Source of the DNA: Vicugna vicugna
Taxonomy: Eukaryota
Assembly (NCBI GenBank): GCA_013265495.1
Contig: MU059781.1
Span: 2,535,748-2,599,747, forward strand
Length of the DNA: 64,000 bases
Direction: 5' to 3'
The notes beneath the pieces are model-generated. The model was not told the DNA's origin, did not search any database, and saw only the letters and a program-made list of their open reading frames with translations. The position numbers and the translations under genes are program-made. Each line of letters opens with the position of its first letter. Positions within the stretch are counted from its first letter, which is position 1. Below, piece by piece: positions 10,842 to 23,470 of the stretch.

Positions 10842-12619
10842 TCATCTTTTCATCACATGTAGCCAAAGTGGGGTGCCCAGCCTTCCAGCCAGGATTTCAG
10901 CTTCTTGTCTGATAAGATTAAAAACAAACACACGCACGCATACACACAAACAAACAAAAAAAGCAAAACAACAAGGAGTACAAATATTTCCTTTTAAAAT
11001 TATTTAAGCAAAGATTTTGAGTGTATAATGGGGTGTTATAAGACCCCATCATTTCTGAATGCCTGAGGGTGAAATTAGGGACAAAATGTATTGGAAAGCA
11101 TCCAGCCATTTGCTTCCTGCAGCTCTAAAAGTGGAAGGAAGAACGTGTCTCCTGGGCAGGCTCTTCTTGGTTCTGAAGAAGCAAGTGAATGACCTCTGGG
11201 TAGTGGCCACTCGGGGTCCATGTGGCAGTGAACACTGGAGCCTGTCCCAAGCCAGCCCTCCTGAGGTTACAGCACCCAGGGAACTGGCAGTGGAGCAAGT
11301 GGATTTTAGAAGCAGACAGTTGGGAGCAGGAGCTCGGGGTGGAGCTGGCGCGCGCTGGTGGGAGGAGGGGAGTGTGCTGGGCCGAGGGAAGGGCAGGTCT
11401 GACAGCAGTCAAACCCCTTCACCCTTCGAAGAACAACTGAGTGCTGGCAGCAGTGACCCAAGCCAGGGACCCAGACACAGTGCGTCCTTTGGAGCGAAGT
11501 GTTCTTGGAACTCAGCAAGGGGGTTCCTCCAGCCTGGAGGGGCACCTGGGTTCTGAGCCCAGCACAGGAGATACGTACAAACAAGACCCTGCAGGGTTCT
11601 GACCCTATGCTGGGGAGAGAGGGGCAGCGAAAGAGACTGGATCTCCTGCTTGTCCAGGAATGGGGCGGGGGGGGGGGGGGGAGACAAAAAGTATTACCTT
11701 AAAAAAAAAAGGTGGACTGTGATCTATTATTTGTCTCTTCATCATATCAAATTATATTGGTTATTATCATAATTCCTGCCTTCTCCCTCTCTCCATCCAT
11801 CTCTGAGACCGCGGCTTAGAACCTGTGTCTCCTTTGAACATCCCTGAGTCAACACTGTACATCATTGTGTTTGACTGTGTTCTGCCACGATCTCATTTCT
11901 TCATCCAAGGGGGCTTATCCTTTGGTGGGATGTCCATGTTCTAGTCTGGTCCTCAAATGTGCAGGACCACAAAAGGCATTTCATCTGTTTGTTTTGTATG
12001 GTCTGATGGTTGATAAGTTGACTCACACTAATTAAACCCACAAGAGGCCAATTCATGAGCTGGGAGAACAGTACGTTAAACTACAGAGAAAGATAAAAAC
12101 TGGCCTGAAAAGCAAGGATGTATATTTGAACTGGACCTGCATTTGGGGTAAGCTGACCCTAGAAGCCAAACAACAAAGCAGAGTACTGCCCTGTCGACAG
12201 AGAATCAAAGCAAAGGCATTAGAATATTGTCACGATATTTCTAGAAAGTTCTGGTGGACTGAGACTTTACCTTCCATGGCTGCTGTGCTTGAAAAACCAA
12301 GACGAGTATTTAGAACGAGATGTCCCTCTTTCTTGAGGGTGCCAGAGAGACTCGGATAAATTCATACAGTCCAACCTGCATTTTTCCCAATGAGAGATAC
12401 TCTCACTCTTTTTGTACTTGTCATTATGCTTAGAATTGTTGTACTTACAGGTTCAGCATATAATTTTCAGCAATTACATTTTATTGGTAATTTAGATTGT
12501 GGCAAATAAGTCTGAGCATCATATCACTCATATCACAGCACCAGGAGCTGTAAGGACACCTGCAATCATCTAGCTGACTGGGTTTTAAATTGTGTGCCAG
12601 GGACCTGAGAGACAGTTGG

Positions 12620-12930
12620 ATTAGGAAACAGACAGGCTATCGCTGACATCCGAATGTAAGGAGTCTGGATTCTTCAAAGAGCAGAAGCCACTGATATGTT
12701 TTAATAGAGAGGGACTGGATGAAGCTTACATTTTAAATAACCAATTTGGAGGAAGCGATTGGAGGAAGGAGAGCGTAGAAGTAGGAAGACCACCTAAGAA
12801 GGTATAGTGTTTGTCCAGGGGAGATGTGATGGTTTGGGGGATCAGGGAAACAGAGCAGAGCTGGAGAGACGTGGATGGACTGAAGAGGTTAACTGAAAAT
12901 TGGAACAGATAAGACTTGGCCGGGGAGGGA
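12620..12930 (-). mobile_element. L2 fragment
   Basis: agaagccactgatatgtttt...gtaggaagaccacctaagaagg...gtccaggggagatgtgatggttt, antisense L2 pattern. Confidence 0.65.
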
Positions 12931-12944
12931 GCAGATGTGATCAA

Positions 12945-13150
12945 GCATTCACTCATTTATTTATCCCATCCAGAAAACTGATTGAGTGCTTCCAACGGGC
13001 TGGGCACTGGGCTAAGTGCTCAGCTACAGAGCCAAGTCCCTGCCCCTCTGGAGCTGCTGTTCTAGGGGAGGGAGGGAGACAACAGACAGGCACACAAGCA
13101 GGTAAAATGTGCCTGGAATCAATGTGCTGGGAAAGAGTTGGGGAATCAAC
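12945..13150 (-). mobile_element. L2 3' end
   Basis: cattcactcatttatttatc...gattgagtgcttccaacgggctgggcactgggctaagtgct...ccctgcccctctggagct. Confidence 0.75.
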
Positions 13151-13619
13151 TGTAGGGCTCACACAAATGGCTTCCCTTCCCTCGGGCCTCAGTGTCCTGC
13201 ACCACCTCTTCTCCAGCCAACCAGCTGTCCACACCCCTGAAAACCATGCCCTATATTTTGTCCAGTTTCCAGTCTTTTTAAGATGGAAGGGTGAATTTCC
13301 CTCTGTGATTTCATCATGGCCAGAAATGGAAGTGACTTTTTTCTTACATGAATTTGGTTTAAGAGATAAAGGAAAGGGAAGAGTCACAACTTAGCACCGA
13401 GTTCTGACTCCAATAGCACAGTAGATGGCTGTGGAACGAAACCAGAAGGCTTCGGATTTATTTTTGTTCCTTCCTCTCCTTCCTCGCTCTTGTGTATGTG
13501 TGTTTTAAAATTTGTTTTGTTTTGAGAATTCCTGAGAGTGGAGTGGTGGCTACAAGTGTCAAATATGACAGGCCTATAAGACATGGGAGGAGGAGGAGGC
13601 CAGAGATACCCTGGCCACA

Positions 13620-14420
13620 TGGAGATGTAATTCACTGAGATGGAGACAGAGCAGGTATCTGGAGGGAGACCTGGAGCTCAGGTTTTGAGATGTTAGGTTT
13701 GAAATGTCTATGAGACAGTCCAATAACAGGACCAAGAACGCAGTTCAGTGTTTACATCTGGAGCTCAGAAAAGAGCACTGAGCTACAGATATGAATTTGA
13801 GACTCTTCCATATATACGTAGAATTTAAATCATGAGGAAGGATGGGGTTACTTCAGAGGAGAGAGGAAAAAGGGAGAAAAGAAAAGGAGAGGAAAGGAGA
13901 ACAAAGGCGAGGAGACAACAACACATCACGGGGAACATCGGCAGGTAACAGCTGCACAGAAGAGGAGGAGCCATCAGAGGAAAAGGGAAGGGACCGGCCC
14001 AAGAAGAAGGGGGAAACCAGAGAGGGTACTTTCAAAGGAGAAGAGTATTTCAGGAGGGAATACCAACTGGCTCAAATGATGCTGAGAAGTCAAGTCAGGT
14101 AAGAACTTTAAAGTATCTGTTAGATTTAGTGACTTGGAAGCCGTTAGTGACCTCATGAAGGGCACTTTTGGTGGCATGGAGGAAGGGATGAAGAATGATG
14201 GGAGGTAAGTGGAGGCAGCCCGTCCATGGGGAGTAGAAAAGAAGGGTGATCCTGGAGAGGTGTGATGAGTTAGGAGAGGTTTGATGTTCGTTTTTAAGAT
14301 GTAAGACACAGAGAGAATTTGGGTGATAAAGCTAAGAGGTTAAGAATGCAGAGGGAAGGATTTACGGACGAGCAAGTCTCCTGAGAAGCCTCCTGAAAGG
14401 TCCAGGATCCAGAACGCACT
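13620..14420 (-). mobile_element. L2 fragment
   Basis: gttaggtttgaaatgtctatgagacagtcca...ctggagctcagaaaagag...gatatgaatttgag and caaatgatgctgagaagtcaagtcagg...gatttagtgacttggaagccgttagtgacct; contains a long polypurine tract near 13856-13903. Confidence 0.8.
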
Positions 14421-15309
14421 CCCTAATGACCCCTTTATACTCTCTTCTCTCAGCCTTGACAGATCTCCCCTGACCGATAAAGGCATCTCTAAAAGCAGGG
14501 GTCACCTCCTCAATTCTTTTCTGAGCCCACGTGTGGCACAGTATACAATAAGTATCTAAGATGTTTCTTCGGTAATTTAACATATATATCATGCAAATGA
14601 ATGAATAAAACTTATCTCGTAAAATCTGCCCTGAAGAAAAGAGCAAAGATATCTATGTCTTTAATTATCTTGAGATCAGAAGACACTCTGTGAAGATTTT
14701 GGTTAATGTCCCCAGAGCAGAAAATAAGCACCATAAAAACAAAATTCTTATCATTAATATTTTAGAGTCAAGGAATGTGATTTTTTTCCAAATGAATCAC
14801 AACTGATGAATAGCGACTTCCTGTGTAGACTCAAAGGCTTCTTTCAGCATTCTAGGGCAAAGACTAGTTGCTGCATTTTACATCTGAAATCCATTCTCAT
14901 TTATCAAAAAATACTTTAATTTGGAAAGTGATACATAATTATTTCTACTATTTCCATAACGTCTCTGTATGTTGACATAGCATTATTATACCATCAACTC
15001 TCAGTCACTAGGCTGGTGATAGAATCAAATCCCGGGTAATCCGAAGCAGTGAATAATAAGTTGAGTTGGGGACAGCAGGTCTGTCTTCCTAATCTGGGCT
15101 CATTTGGGCTAATAGCCATGTCAACCCACAGATGACAGAGGTTCAGCTCACAAGCATTTGATGTGACAAGAGGTCTGCTAGGGATTTTTAAATAGCTGAG
15201 ATTTATTCACAAAGTGGATCAAGAACTGGCTAAAAGGATACACCCTGCTACAGAAAGAAGGTTATGAAGTTCAAGGACATGGAAAAAGGCAAAATTAAGA
15301 GTCATAGCA

Positions 15310-15450
15310 TTTAGAACAAAGTCATTCCTCCTCATTTATGAAAACAAAACCCAGAGTGATTCCATGACTTGCTCAAGGTCACACAGCGAGTTAAGGAAAC
15401 ACCCTCCTAATAAGTGACGCCTCGTGTGACTCCCAGTCCAGTGCTCTGCA
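15310..15450 (-). mobile_element. MIR SINE
   Basis: gacttgctcaaggtcacacagcgagtt...tgactcccagtccagtgctct. Confidence 0.7.
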
Positions 15451-15639
15451 CCGTCTCGTATCCACAAAGCATTCCTGTTTCTTTCTGTCTTCTTCAGCAA
15501 GAATTGCTTTCAAATTCTAAAGGACGTTTTAAAATGTAAAGAATAAATTGAACTCCAAGATAGATACGGCATTAAGGGAATTCAGATTTTTGAAGCTTAC
15601 GCTGCTCCAGACACTTGCCCAGCTGTTAATTCAGTCAGT

Positions 15640-15800
15640 CCTTTCAGGCACCTGTGGGGTTTTATCTCCATTCACAGATGAGGAAACAGAAGCTGCATAG
15701 ACTAAGTAATGTACTGCAGGTCACATAACCAGCAAGAGATGCATCAAGACAAGCTGAGGTCTACAACTCTAAGACACTCCTCTTTCCACTACATCACAGT
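15640..15800 (-). mobile_element. MIR SINE
   Basis: atctccattcacagatgaggaaacagaagct, the MIR core. Confidence 0.7.
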
Positions 15801-15929
15801 TCAAATGAGATCACATCTTCTAGCCCAGACAGATCATAACCCAAAGAGATGTAATTATGCAACCTCTGTTGGCAATCTTTGGGAGAGGAAAAAATATGAA
15901 GAACAAAGAGGTTCCAAAAGACTAGAAAA

Positions 15930-16320
15930 TAGTTTTTGATTGTGAAATTTGAGAAAGCCTAGATTCTGGGAATTACAGTTTGGTCAAAGCAAATTCTTTC
16001 TCCAACTCTGGCAAAATTCTAGAATAAAATTACTAAATAGATGGCTTGTGAACCACTTAGAAAAGAATGCCATGATCACAGGGAGCCAACATGGGTTCAC
16101 TAGGGTCATGATGCCAAACCATCGAACATACCCACTAGGAAATGAGGTCAAGTCTGTTGGGATGTCATTGTGGTCAAGTTGAAAATATGTGATTAAAATA
16201 ACTGGACAGTTGGCTATGTTCACAACTGGTTGCCAGTGGCCTGTCTTATGACCCTGCCTAATAGAATTCCATTGAAAGTTTCAGCAATGTCTTTCCTGTT
16301 TCAGCCTTGAAAATTGTCAG
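15930..16320 (+). mobile_element. CR1/L3 LINE reverse-transcriptase fragment (frameshifted)
   Basis: One frame reads DSGNYSLVKANSFSNSGKILE* and the ORF-track frame reads NHLEKNAMITGSQHGFT; these match the CR1 RT N-terminal motifs DPGNYRPVSLTS.PGKILE and HLE.N.VI..SQHGF. Confidence 0.85.
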
Positions 16321-16511
16321 TTTTATGACTAACTCAGAGTTCAAAGGGAGATGTTATATGTTATATATAAAATGTTAGATATTATATATAAAAACCAGTT
16401 AATCATTTTGATAGACTGAAATGACAGTCGCCCTTCAGTTTTAGATTTAACAGGAAAAAGTGTGGTTATATGTGAAAGTAAAAATAAATAAATGGGTAGA
16501 TGACAACAAGA

Positions 16512-16570
16512 TGATAGATAGGTAGGTAGATAGACAGACAGACAGATAGGTAGAGAGAGGGCGAGAGAGA
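16512..16570. repeat. Compound (GATA)/(GGTA)/(GACA)/(GA) microsatellite
   Basis: Direct reading. Confidence 0.85.
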
Positions 16571-16724
16571 TTTACACAAGTTCCACATGGAAAAACTGTG
16601 ACGACCAAAATTTGTGGGAGAAAAGCCTGAAGTTGAATTGAGACCAGTACAAACCAACAGCAGCACGCAGACACCCTCTAACATAATGGGCAAGAACTTG
16701 AGCTTCAGCATCAGCAAAGCTGGA

Positions 16725-16840
16725 CCCACAGGCCAAGTCCACCACTTAAGAGCTGTGTGACCTTGGGCAATTTGCTTAACTTCTAAAGCCTTCAGTTCCT
16801 AGTCTACAAAAGGAGCGTTAAGCACTGTCTCATTGCTAGT
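16725..16840 (+). mobile_element. MIR SINE
   Basis: ccaccacttaagagctgtgtgaccttgggcaatttgcttaacttct. Confidence 0.75.
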
Positions 16841-17024
16841 AAGAGAGCTTGGTTTACAGTTCCAGTCTTCCGATCCCCATCTGGCGTTTTTCCATGGAAG
16901 GCTACCTTCAAAGAATTGAAGAAGACATTTTAGGAAAAAGGATTAGAATTATTCCATGGGGCCTTAGAGGGCCGACCAACATCAGCTCAATGGAGGGGCA
17001 TCATCAAGAAACCGATTTCAGGAA

Positions 17025-17377
17025 GGATATCATTCCTGGCAGGCTGCTGTAACAGCATATCACAGACTGAGTGGCTTATGAACAGAGGTGTATTTCTTAC
17101 AGTTCTGGAGGCTGGGAAGTCCAGGATCATGGCACCAGCAGATTTGGTGTCCACTGAGAGCCTGTGTCCTCCTCATTCACAGCCATGTCCTTCCCGTCAC
17201 TTCACATGACAGAAGGGGTGATGGACCTCTCTGGGGCCTGTTTAACTAGGACGCTAATCTCATTCATGAGGGCTCCTCTCTTGTGATTTAATCACACCCC
17301 AAAGGGCCTGCCTTCAAACATCATCACCTTAGGTTGCATCATATGTATTCGGGGGAGGGGGGACATATTCCAATGAA
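17025..17377 (-). mobile_element. MLT1A-like MaLR LTR, runs into gap
   Basis: ttcttacagttctggaggctgggaagtccaggatcatggcaccagcagatttggtgtc...ctaatctcattcatgagggctcc, reverse complement of the MLT1A consensus as recalled. Confidence 0.88.
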
Positions 17378-17577
17378 NNNNNNNNNNNNNNNNNNNNNNN
17401 NNNNNNNNNNNNNNNNNNNNNNNNNNNNNNNNNNNNNNNNNNNNNNNNNNNNNNNNNNNNNNNNNNNNNNNNNNNNNNNNNNNNNNNNNNNNNNNNNNNN
17501 NNNNNNNNNNNNNNNNNNNNNNNNNNNNNNNNNNNNNNNNNNNNNNNNNNNNNNNNNNNNNNNNNNNNNNNNNNNNN
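17378..17577. other. Assembly gap (200 N)
   Basis: N run. Confidence 1.
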
Positions 17578-17599
17578 TTCTCAGGCAGCTAGGACTCGA

Positions 17600-19255
17600 G
17601 GTGACAAGATCCCTGAGAGAATGAAAATACAGAAAAGAGAGCCCAATATTTGACGATTGCATTTAAGGCACATATAGAAACATAGAAACGCAAGAATGGA
17701 AAGGGCAAATTGGTGACATATTAATTTTGACCGTATCAAGAAATAATAAAGATGTTTCATTTGGTTGGCATCATAGGCAGAATTAAAATACATACCAACA
17801 ATAACAAAAAGAGGCAAGAAGAGATGAGTTAAATTATTCTTTAGGAAGCATTGCTTAACATGAATTGGTAAGATTATAAATCAGATTGGATGCCAATAAG
17901 CCAAGGAAAGACACTGTAATCTCTAAAGTAACAACTGAAAGAATATATAAAAACACACTAATAAAAGGAAAAGTGGAATTAAAAAAAAAACACTTGATTA
18001 AAAGAAGAGAAGGCAAAAAAAGGAGAGAAAAAGAACCATAAAACAAGTGATCATAAAAAAGCAAATATTAAGAAGACAGTATAAACCAAATCATCTCACC
18101 AATTACATTAAATATAAACAGAATAAAAGCTCCAATTAGAAGACAAATACTGTCCAGCTGTATAACAACCACAAGAACAAGAACAAAATCTAAACAACAA
18201 TACAGCTTACAGGATACAGGTCCCAGCATGAGGACATGATTGAAAGTCCTCAGTCACAGAGAGGCTAAAAGTAAAACATGGAAAAAGAGAAACCATGTAC
18301 ATGCTAACAAAAAAGTATTGTAACTATACTGATATCAAGCAGAGTAAACTTTAAGACAAGAAACATAACTAAAGATAAAAGATATTTATAATGAAAAAAA
18401 TGTAAGCCCATCAGGAAAATATGATAATTCTAATTAATAATAATTTCACAAATTGAAGGACTAAAGGAAAAGTATACAATGACAGTAAGAGACTTTCACA
18501 AATCTCTTTTAGCATATGAGAGAAAAATAGGCAAAAAAATCAGTAAGGATACAGGAGGTATGAATAACAAAACTAACAAATTTGATTTATTTGACATATG
18601 TAGACTACGCCACTCACCAATAAAAGAATAGTTATTCATTCCAAGTATACACGGAGCATCTACAAAATTGGCCTTATGCAGTCCATAATAAATTCTCTAT
18701 AAATTTCAAATTATTAAAGTCATTTAGGGTAAATCTGCTGACCACAGTGAAATGCCTGAGTGATTGGAAATTAATGTTCAGAAATTAGGCAATTTACCTT
18801 TTAAAATGAATTGTGCTTTTAAAAATCCACCCTGAGTCAAAGATTAAGTCAATAAAAATTAGAAAATATTCTGAACTATACTATTATAAAAATATGACAT
18901 CAACTCAAGGACTGTGGCTAAAATTATGGCTACAGGAAAATGTATCCTAGTCAGTGCACACACTAGCCAACAGGCTGAAAATCAGCTGCTAACGTATCCA
19001 TCTCAAGAAGTTAGTATGGTAACACTGACTCCTAAAAAGCAAGAAAAAAATAAAAATAACGACATGAATTACTGAAACAGAAAACGAATGTACAAGAAAG
19101 AAAATCAATAAAGCTGCTTCTTTGAAATGATAATAAGGATGAAGACCTAGCCAAGACTAATCAAGAAAAAAGAATGCAAAAATTGCCAGGAATGGAATGA
19201 CAAAAGAAACATCACCATGGGCTGTACGGACTTTAAATGATAATAAGAAATCTGA
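17600..19255 (+). mobile_element. Ancient L1: inter-ORF region and ORF2 endonuclease segment, heavily decayed
   Basis: A-rich; from 18102 it reads ITLNINRIKAPIRRQ (cf. L1 EN N-terminus ITLNVNGLNAPIKR); later aaatcaataaagc...ctagccaagactaatcaagaaaaaaga. Confidence 0.85.
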
Positions 19256-19789
19256 TCAGAGGCTCCGGGTGGCTGGGTGGCCCCAGAGGAGTCAGTAACC
19301 TGCATGGACGCAGCCCTGAGGGGCCCGCTGACCCGCACCAGGGCTGGCTGGAGACCTCCAGCGGGACCCACGCTGCCCCCAGACCCCGACGGTGGTCCCA
19401 GGCTCGCAGACCTGACTCAGGTAACTGCTGCCCCGTTCTCCAGGCCTTCACCTGCCCTCACCCCACCCAGACCCTGAGGCTGCAGGTGAGGGGCACCTGG
19501 TCACATCACAGCAGCCCAGGCCCCTGTGTCCTGAGTGGGGTAGCCAGTGTGACGGAGCATGGGCGACTGCTGCAGGCAGAGGGACTGCCGTGTGTAATGG
19601 CTTGGAGGTGGGACTGAGCCGGGAAGTTTCAGGAAGCCCGGGTTCCTCCTTGTGTCTGAGGGAAGAGAGAGAACGGCAGGCTGAGGACCTGTCCTCAATT
19701 CCGAGGGCCCGGGAGGGCTGTGAACAGGAGGGTGCAGTCCGAGTCAGGGTTTTAAGTAATCCAAAGGCTGCTCAGAGGCAGAACAGACT

Positions 19790-19900
19790 GGAATGGGGGT
19801 GATGGAGACCTGAGGCACAGAAAGGGTGATTCCTCGGCGGAGGTGGCAGAGCGGGTAAGTGGCAGCACTGCTACTGAAGCACAGGGGTCTGTTAACCTGA
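19790..19900 (-). mobile_element. MIR fragment
   Basis: gatggagacctgaggcacagaaagggtga...gtaagtggcagc. Confidence 0.5.
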
Positions 19901-20401
19901 GGTCACCTGGCTCTAGGGCTGGACAGGCCACCAGGGAGGCCCACAGAGCCTGGCTACGGTCACTGGCCTCTTCCTACAGGGTCTGATGGCTGAAGAAGCA
20001 CATACGGAATCTACACAGGGAAGTGGATGGTTCCAGGGTCTCCCTGGTCCCAACCCCACTCAGACAGTCTCGGGGTTACAGTGCCCTGAGACTCCTCATC
20101 TGCTGTTTTCCCAGCCCTTGGGTCTCGGGACTTTGAAGATAAAGCCCAGGATTCTGAGTCCAGGACAAAAGTTAAATGGAGGGGCCCCCAATTTTGGCAA
20201 CCCACGGTAAGCGGTGTGGATGTTTATCCCACAGGTAAAGCTGAGCTGGGAGTGCTCAGGAAACCACAGGGCACACAGCGGATGGGCCAAGAGTCAGGAC
20301 TATAAAAGCTGCCTGAGAAGTCGGGCATCTGAGGAGTCTGGAATGACTCTAGGGCTCTTGGTCCCAGCAGCTGGAGGAATGGGAACTCCATCAACAGGAT
20401 G

Positions 20402-20460
20402 GGTATTAGGGCCTGAACTGTGTTCCCCTAAAATTTGTATGTTAGAATCCCAAACCCTTG
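20402..20460 (+). mobile_element. 5' stub of an MLT1 LTR
   Basis: gggcctgaactgtgttcccctaaaatttgtatgttagaatcccaaaccc resembles the first ~60 bp of MLT1B/C. Confidence 0.55.
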
Positions 20461-20464
20461 AACC

Positions 20465-20650
20465 AAATGACAAGGTCCTATAGCACAAGGAACTATATTC
20501 AATACCTTGTAATAACCTATAATGAAAAAGAATCTGAAAAAGAATATGGGTGTGTGTATGCATATATATAGTATGTATGACTGAATCACTAAGCTGTACA
20601 CCAGAAACCAACACAACATTGTAAATCAACTACCCTTTGATTAAAAGAAA
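20465..20650 (+). mobile_element. Artiodactyl-type L1 3' tail
   Basis: acaaggtcctatagcacaaggaactatattcaataccttgtaataacctataatgaaaaagaa...gaatcactaagctgtacaccagaaaccaacacaacattgtaaatcaactac. Confidence 0.9.
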
Positions 20651-20654
20651 GAAA

Positions 20655-21005
20655 TATTAAGCTATAGTTATTAAGACAATATAATTTTAGCCAAAGATAA
20701 ATAGAGCAATAGAACAGAACAGAGGATCTAAAACCTGACTCACGTGTACAGGGTCACCTGACTTATGACAAAGGTGACGTTACCACATGGTAGGAAAATG
20801 ATGGGTCTTTTTCAATAAATAGTGTGCCGTCAATCAGGGATCCAAAAAGGGGAAAATCAGTTTTTACCTCACACCAGACACAAAAATCTATTCCTGATGG
20901 TTGCTGATCTAAATACACAATAAAACGATAGCTCTTCTGGAAGAAAGGATAGAATGACCTAATAGGTGGAAACAGATTTAAATGGGACACAAAGAGCAAT
21001 GAAGT
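20655..21005 (+). mobile_element. Ancient L1 ORF2 3' fragment
   Basis: tatagttattaagaca...acaaaggtgac...gatgggtcttttcaataaatagtg...acctcacaccagacacaaaaatctattcc. Confidence 0.75.
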
Positions 21006-21215
21006 CTAGAAGTAACAGTGTGTATTCTGGAGTCAAACTGCCTGAGTTTGAAATCTGATTCTAATCTTGGGCAAATCATTTAACCTTTCTGTGCCTCCAT
21101 TTCCACCTTCGTAAATTGAGGATAATCAAAAGCAGGAAACTATTACAAGGATCAAATGTGATACTACATGTAAAGTGCCCAGAACGGTGCCTGACCAGCA
21201 GCGAGTGCTTAACAA
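21005..21215 (+). mobile_element. MIR SINE
   Basis: ctggagtcaaactgcctgagtttgaaatc...cttgggcaaatcatttaacctttctgtgcctccatttcc...catgtaaagtgcccagaacggtgcctg. Confidence 0.8.
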
Positions 21216-22739
21216 GAGTCACTGTGAATACTGAGAAAGCTTCCTTTGGTGTGGAGGAACCTGTTTTCATTTTTTGTAGAAACTTTATGTTCGGTGCTTT
21301 GACATGATTTTTCTCTCTTTCTTTTTCACTAGGAGTTATCCATACTGGAGGCACTCTTTCACCAGCCATGGTATTTGTTGAACACCTGCCGTGTGTGGTT
21401 AGCGGGCAGGGAGAGGAAGAGGGGAGGGTGCTTATTCAGGAAGCTTCTTCCCAGTCACCAAACCCCCCCCCCACACCGCTGGGCAGTAAGACACAGACCT
21501 GAGAAACTGCTGGAGAACATGACAGCACTTAAATAAGAAAGTGCTCCCCTTCCAGAGGAGCTAATTAGAGGACACAATGGCACGTTCGAGGCGCTAAGCA
21601 CACACACAGACGTGAGTGTTACGAGGACCTGGAGGAGGGAGAAATCAAAGGCGCAGATGAGGCGGTGATACTGAGTCATGAGAAAAAGTCATGAGCAGTT
21701 GGCTTGGAATACAGTTTATAAAAGGTGGCAACCCCTACAGTGGCATGATTTGTCTATTTGCTTAAGAAACACCCAGCACTGGAATTGCCTGGGCAGGGAT
21801 TACAGGTTTAGACGGCGGAGCCCTGGCAGGGAGAGTTCAGAGAGGAAGTCATCCGGGGGACACCCACCCACGGCCCTCTCCCCGCTGACATCAGCCCTCT
21901 CCCTGGGCACTTTGTCAAGTGGTAGCTCTGAGAAGCCCTTTGTCGGCTGCCTGGCACTGCTGTCTGATCCGTTCCCTGCAAAGGAACACGTATGCATCTT
22001 CTCCATCCCACTTTCAGTTTCTTATTTAACCAGATTTGAGGGAGAAGCCACCTCTCACTACTGTTCAGAACTGCCTCCCCAAAATAAGATGACTAAATCT
22101 AAAAGAAATGAACGCAGGCAGTTTATGCTGTGAACCCACGCAGAGACGCGCGAGGAATTGAGTCCACAGATTCGCCCCTGTGTGGCCATATCCTCCTGTT
22201 CTTTCTTAACCTCTCCCCGTCTTGCCTGCTTGGTACTCCGACCTCCACCTGACCTAAGCGGGCAAATCATCAATTAATAGATTATCCAAGTTCTACTTCT
22301 CCCTCTTCCTTCTATTGGCTTTATTTTTTGCTCTTCACCACTTATTCTAGAATCTTCATCAGAGGGTAATGAGGGGGAGAAGAGAGAGAGATTGAAATGC
22401 AATTAATTAAATGTCAGGGAAAAGGTGGAAAACATCTGAAGTCAGGGTTTTTAAGTTTTTAACTAGTATTACTATATTTGGTTTTCCTTTATCCAGCCTC
22501 CCTCTTAATTTTTTTTAAAGATTCTCCCCCACCTGTCCTAAATCATGAGGGTCATTGGACCTTGGCTATAGTTTGGTTCTGGCTGAGAATATTTGACTAT
22601 GCAACTTCCTACTTGGGCATGCTTTCTGAAGATTTTGTTATTACAAATAATTTTTTGATTACTGAATTCCAGATGTTATGGAAGAAAAGCACATTTGAAT
22701 CATTATCTTCCTAGATGGTATGGTCTGTATGTAACTGAA

Positions 22740-23470
22740 ATTTCTTTCAAAAGAAGCAAAATCATCTTCCACCCTCAAAACATGTTCTTCCTCTTTTGTT
22801 CTAAAAATACCCCAGTCGGTGGCCCCACCATTCTCTGGGAGTCACCACTGACTCTTCCTATCCCCTTGCTTTGCAGCCCAGCAATCACAAGTCCTGTTGA
22901 GTTCACCTGCTGTTCATTTCTCCATATCCCTTCCTCTGCCCTTCCCCTGGGAACTGCCCACGTCCCCTCACCAGCCCTCGCTCCGGCGGCTGCAGTGGTC
23001 TGGTCCCCAGACCCTCACTTCAGGTCTCCCCCTCCAATCCATCCTCCACATGGAACGATCAGGTGAGAATATATATTCAATTAACAGCTCCCACAGCCTT
23101 CAGGGTGAAGGTTAAAGGCCCCAGTGGAGCAGGAAAGACTCCGGGATCAACCTCTTCCCCCAGTTCCCAGATGTGCACAGATTCCCACCCTGGCAACCTG
23201 ACTTCCTTGTGGTGGCCCCAAAGCCCCCTGCTATTTCTCACCTCAATGCCTTTCTCATCCCCGAGGCCCTCCCTAATCCACTCACTACTTTCTGCACCTA
23301 AGCCCTTTGCGGTGCCCCCATCACCCCATTCTCTCTGCTGGCTTATCCCTACCAGTTTACGTATCCGTCTCCTCGCAGTATTCATTCTGCCTTGCCTCTG
23401 CATCACCAGCCCCTAGCTCGGTACATAGTAGGTGCTCAACAATTATTCACCCAATGCACTGGATGAATGG
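22740..23470 (+). mobile_element. L2 3' portion
   Basis: caatcacaagtcctgttgagttcacct...ccaatccatcctccaca..., ending gtacatagtaggtgctcaacaattatt. Confidence 0.75.
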
